Assembly (NCBI GenBank): GCA_963921275.4
Contig: OZ001293.3
Location: 1,088,001 to 1,152,000, forward strand
Source of the DNA: an uncultured Hormoscilla sp.
GTDB lineage: Bacteria; Cyanobacteriota; Cyanobacteriia; Cyanobacteriales; Desertifilaceae
Direction of reading: 5' to 3'
DNA: 64,000 nucleotides
Shown: positions 59,292 through 64,000 of the stretch, in pieces
Layout of the letters: each line of letters starts with the position of its first letter
How positions within the stretch are numbered: position 1 is the stretch's first letter
Notes under the pieces: model-generated
What the model was told of the DNA's origin: nothing
The model's database searches: none
What the model saw: the letters and a program-made list of their open reading frames with translations, nothing else
Program-made: the position numbers and the translations under genes

Positions 59292-59864
59292 TTTAATCTC
59301 TAGTAATCCTACCATTGACTTGGGCCTACTACCCAGTAGCCGTGTGCGGTGAAAGTCGCATGCACGGTTTCGAATGGGAGGGTTGGAAAGCGATTTCCAG
59401 CTCGACCCCTAATTAATCGAGTATTCGCCACCTTCGGTGTCCGACAAAAAACTCCATCGCGATTATTGGCACTTCTCCTTCCCTGTGGGGGGTGTAGCTT
59501 CTGTGTCCCTCGGGTAGTGCGAGTAGCGCTCCCGAGGGACACAGAAGACGAGTTTGGTTCGTCCGGTTGGGGGGGATGACCGATCGCACGTAAAACCAAT
59601 CCGGCGCTAAAGAAACTATTTTTCCATCTACAGTAGCGCAGATATCGCAGTTAGTACCGATTAATGCCTGGGGTAAAATGCGTCCAGCGATTCCCAAGCT
59701 TTCGGTTAACGCTGCTGCTAGCGGGGGTTGATTGAAGTTGTCAACGGGGTCGTCTGGTATAGGAAAATCAGGAGGTAATTTCTCCCAAATGATTATCGGT
59801 TTACTGATAGTTATGGCCATGATAATCTTTCCCCCGTGCTGTTATCATTATTATGAGGGAGGAG

Positions 59865-60035
59865 GTGCGATTCGTTTCGGTATAAATCAGAAATGATGAA
59901 ATCCGGGTTGGGCGCAAGCTCAACAACTCAGGTCCGGAATGGGGGTTCAATTCCCCTCCCCCGCGGGGGTGACACCAGACCTCGGTGCTGCGTCCTAACA
60001 TCGCCCCCGGTGCTGAGCGAGGTCTTAAATATAGG
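59865..60035 (+). ncRNA. 5' part of group II intron I (ORF-less type domain I), interrupted by antisense intron J
   Basis: GTGCGATTCGTTTC...ATGGGGGTTCAATTCCCCTCCCC...CTTAAATATAGG, homologous to the starts of C, E, F, H, and K. Confidence 0.8.
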
Positions 60036-60425
60036 ATTAAACTAAGCCAACGGGTCACCCCGCCGACTCGTCTTCAGAACCGGACGTGAGACTTTCACCT
60101 CATCCGGCTCCTCAGTTTCGCCATCCTTGTCATGGATACGGCCTTTGTCACCATCTCTGGCAGACTTTACATCATGGCAATAATCATGCAGCAACTGTAG
60201 GTTGGTATACCAGTCTTTACCTCCTTTAGAAACTGGTAGAATATGGTCAACCTCCCATTTGTCGCCATCTTTGAATTTCAGTCCGCAGTGCACACACTTA
60301 CCATCCTGCTCTTTTAGCAGTCTGATAACTCTAGCGCTCACATCCGGGCTTTTTCTCAGTCTTTTGCTCCAATAAACCAGATTACCGTCAAACGGGCTAG
60401 CTGTCCCCTTAACCTTTACGTGTCT

Positions 60426-61296
60426 GTGCGATTCGTTCTAGCCTAACGTGGTCAAACACGGAACGCTAGCCCGGTTTCATTAGCCGGGAACTCTGACCGC
60501 ATGGGGGTTAAATTCCCCTCCCCCCAGGTACGGGGGTGACACCGGTCCTCGGTGCTACGAAGCGACATCATCGTGGTGCTAAGCGAGGACTCAAATGTAG
60601 GATAACTGGCAGCCTAAGCCGGTGACGCCGCTAGGAAAGATATCCAAGGTTAGAGCAGGCAAACATGTGCAAGCCTCGTTATAAGGAACCAGCGAAATAA
60701 GGCTATATGCGCTGGCCTAAAAAGGAAATGGTAGCTAGTATTAGTTTTAGACTCTGGCTAATATAGTACTCAAATAGCTCCCGGGGTATAGTGTGGACCT
60801 AAAGGTATCGCGAAATGTTGTTAGGGAACGAAGTAACCTCTCGTGTGCTGTCCATCAGGACAAGTTAGATGTTAAGCGCAAGCCACGGGGGGAGGGATGG
60901 CCCAAGAAGCGAATGCCCGGGGTAATTCCTGGGATAACATCTACAGTAATGTAGATGATGCTGGGTAGCCAGCGCTGACGTGGGTCGGTGATACTAGGAA
61001 GCTGCTGGAATGAGTAATCCTAAAAAGCCACGGAACTAATCCGAAACGCAAGTGGAGGATAAGGTATGGATAACTGGTAAAACTGACTTGAAAATGGTGA
61101 TACTAACGGTTATCAGAACAACCACTCGCTAAACCAGGAAAGGGAAGAAAAGACAGGCGGCAAGGGCTAACGGAAGTAATTCCTATTAAGTCTACCTATG
61201 AAAAGGGCCTAGTACCCAGTAGCCGGATGCGGTGAAAATCGCAAGTCCGGTTCCTCAAGGGAGGGTCGGGAAGCGATTCCCGGCTCGACCCCATCC
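60426..61296 (+). ncRNA. ORF-less group II intron K inserted antisense in the ORF of J
   Basis: 5' GTGCGATTCGTTCTAG; DV TAGCCGGATGCGGTGAAAATCGCAAGTCCGGTTC; 3' CTCGACCCCATCC; host frame is restored on removal. Confidence 0.92.
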
Positions 61297-63071
61297 GATT
61301 ATTTCAGTTTCAGAGTATCGGTTTAGCTTCATTCCTCCATCTTCTTTAGACTTGCCAGCGAACCTCCACCGGTCTTTCCCGGTCATACCCCAGTACTTAC
61401 TAGCAATCCATTTGCCCGTTTTGTTAGGATGTCTTCTCTTTGCCCATCGCCATAACAACTTCCATAAGTAGTTATCCATAGAGCTGTAAGTTTCTTTACT
61501 TACCACCGTCCTATAATAGTTGCTCCATCCCCTTATCATCGGGTTTAGTCTTGCTATTAAGGCCGTTTGCGGTGCCCCTTTATGGCGGCGAACTATCTCT
61601 GATAGCTGCTCTTTATGATTCCTTATGGATTTATCGCTAGGCTTGATTAGGGTCTTGAATCCTAGGGGGGTTCCGTTACAGAGTTTGCCGCTTCTGTGTT
61701 TCCCTACTTTATATTGTCGGATATTGAACCCTAAGAAGTCAAATCCAGGGCTCTCTCCTTCCAATGTGTGGGATATCTTCGTTTTCTCGGCTTTTTGCTC
61801 CAGCCCTATTCCCTTCAACCACTCCTCAATCACTCCTTGAGCTTCCTCAATCATCGACCGGTCATTATGTATTACCACAAAGTCATCCGCATATCTTACT
61901 ACGGTTAACTTCTCCTTCTCTCTTTTTGTGTGAGCGAGACCCATTACTACCCCTTCCAGCCCATGTAAAGCTATATTGGCTAGTAATGGAGATATAACCC
62001 CACCTTGGGGAGTTCCGGCTTCTGTGGATTCCATCCTTCCCCGGTCCATCACCCCAGCTTTTAGCCATGCCCGTATTTGTTTACGGATTGGTGACGTAGT
62101 ATTCAATTTCTTTAGGAGCGCGGAATGGTCAATTTCGTCGAAACACTTCGCAATATCCGCATCTAACACCCATTTCGATTTTTGACTGATGCTAGCGAAT
62201 ATCGCTGCAACTGCATCATGACATCCCCTACCTGGTCTAAACCCGTAGGAATTGGCTTCCATATACGCTTCCCATTCAGGCTCTAGCGCTTCTTTAACCA
62301 ATCCCTGAAGTGCGCGGTCGTGCATCGTTGGTATTCCTAATGGCCGCTTCTCCTCCCTTCGTGGCTTCGGTATCCACACTCTTCGTGTGGCTTTTGCCTT
62401 CGCCTTTCGAGTAACTTTGATTTGACCTACCAGTTCGATACGTTCTTTTGGGGTCAGTGCTTTCACACCATCCACACCAGCCGTCTTCTTTCCCTGGTTT
62501 TGTTGTGTTACCTGCCGTACCGCTATCATCTTCGCGGACCATGACCTATTTAGTAATCCTTGGAGCTTACGAACCTTCTGCTTATTACCTTCCAGTGCCG
62601 CTCTGTAAATTCGCTTTTGCAGCTTAAAAACTATCCTTTCCAGCTTTCGCCAGGCGACAGTCTTCCATTCATACTCTTGTCTTTCGACTAAGTTCCGTGA
62701 CATATTCACTACTACTTACAACTTCACAATTGACGAGACCGTGAGGGCGTCAGCTTATCCTATCCATTACAGACAGGCATTTGCTTCTCCACTCAATCTC
62801 CCCCAGTTGCGTCCTGCCTTCCGGAGAGCAGATGTTACGCCTGTGGTGGCTACTCCATCTATCGACCGGTGATGGAGAGTGCTACAACCGGGTTACTTCG
62901 TTCCTACAGATGATTGGTCGTAACCTTAGACGGGTTCTCTACGCCGGGTTTATTGTCAGTGCTTATTGGTCGGGTATACATCCGCCAATGACCAGTATCC
63001 TTTCCCTTTTTGGGCCAGTGTATCAGCCTTATTACACTGGATAGGCTTTACGACGTTGCAAACCTTCGCTT

Positions 63072-63906
<835 letters not shown>

Positions 63907-64000
63907 TACGCTCATCATAGTTACTTGCTCGACGATGACCGGTCTAGGCTCCCAGCCATAGCGCCTTTCCTTCCCGCTTCACGGATTGATGCCATCGCTA

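Larger units (their letters stand above)
55966..59297 (+). mobile_element. Group II intron G (55966-56147 and 57090-59297) nested in F
   Basis: 5' GTGCGATTCGTTTAGTGTAAAC; 3' TTAGTTTAAT; colinear with introns A, B, and D. Confidence 0.93.
55255..59413 (+). ncRNA. ORF-less group II intron F (55255-55965 and 59298-59413), outer shell of the triple nest
   Basis: 5' GTGCGATGAGTTCTAG; DV TAGCCGTGTGCGGTGAAAGTCGCATGCACGGTTT; 3' CTCGACCCCTAAT; colinear with intron C once G is removed. Confidence 0.9.
55122..59820 (-). pseudogene. Uma2-family (PD-(D/E)xK) protein interrupted by the antisense intron stack F(G(H))
   Basis: WEKLPPDFPIPDDPVDN, APDWFYV, and RSYTP motifs. Joining 59414 to 55254 restores GEYSIKSKHPPGKWYYYEQIL. 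Confidence 0.85.

Noticed and set aside
51987..63044. Short ORFs within intron RNA domains and antisense to RT genes
   Set aside because: They are shadow frames of ribozyme or RT sequence that recur only because the introns are homologous.

Overview
Chromosomal window from a cyanobacterium (psbY, ho1, abundant HIP1 GCGATCGC, heptamer tandem repeats; probably a filamentous Oscillatoriales-type genome, which is an inference) with heavy mobile-element load and gene decay. Intact-looking genes include folC, pilM, hup, cobD, rph, ho1, a multidomain thymidylate synthase, dCMP deaminase and a cobalamin-riboswitch hupE/DUF1636/cobW region. These are interspersed with pseudogenes, IS remnants, several MITE families and very small palindromic repeats. 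The dominant feature is 12 group II introns, labelled A-L. Five carry an RT ORF (A, B, D, G, J) and seven are ORF-less type (C, E, F, H, K, L, plus the 5' part of I). Most are nested. F(G(H)) is a three-level, same-strand stack lying antisense inside a Uma2 gene. I(J(K,L)) is a mixed-orientation stack running off the window end. D(E) sits in an IS1 element that interrupts a haemagglutinin-domain gene. Only intron G encodes an uninterrupted full-length protein. The ORF-less introns have different EBS1 loops that match their own insertion sites, and one is present as two apparently identical copies. Boundaries were set by eye by rejoining host sequences; no alignment, folding or database search was run. 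Some single-base frameshifts could be sequencing errors.
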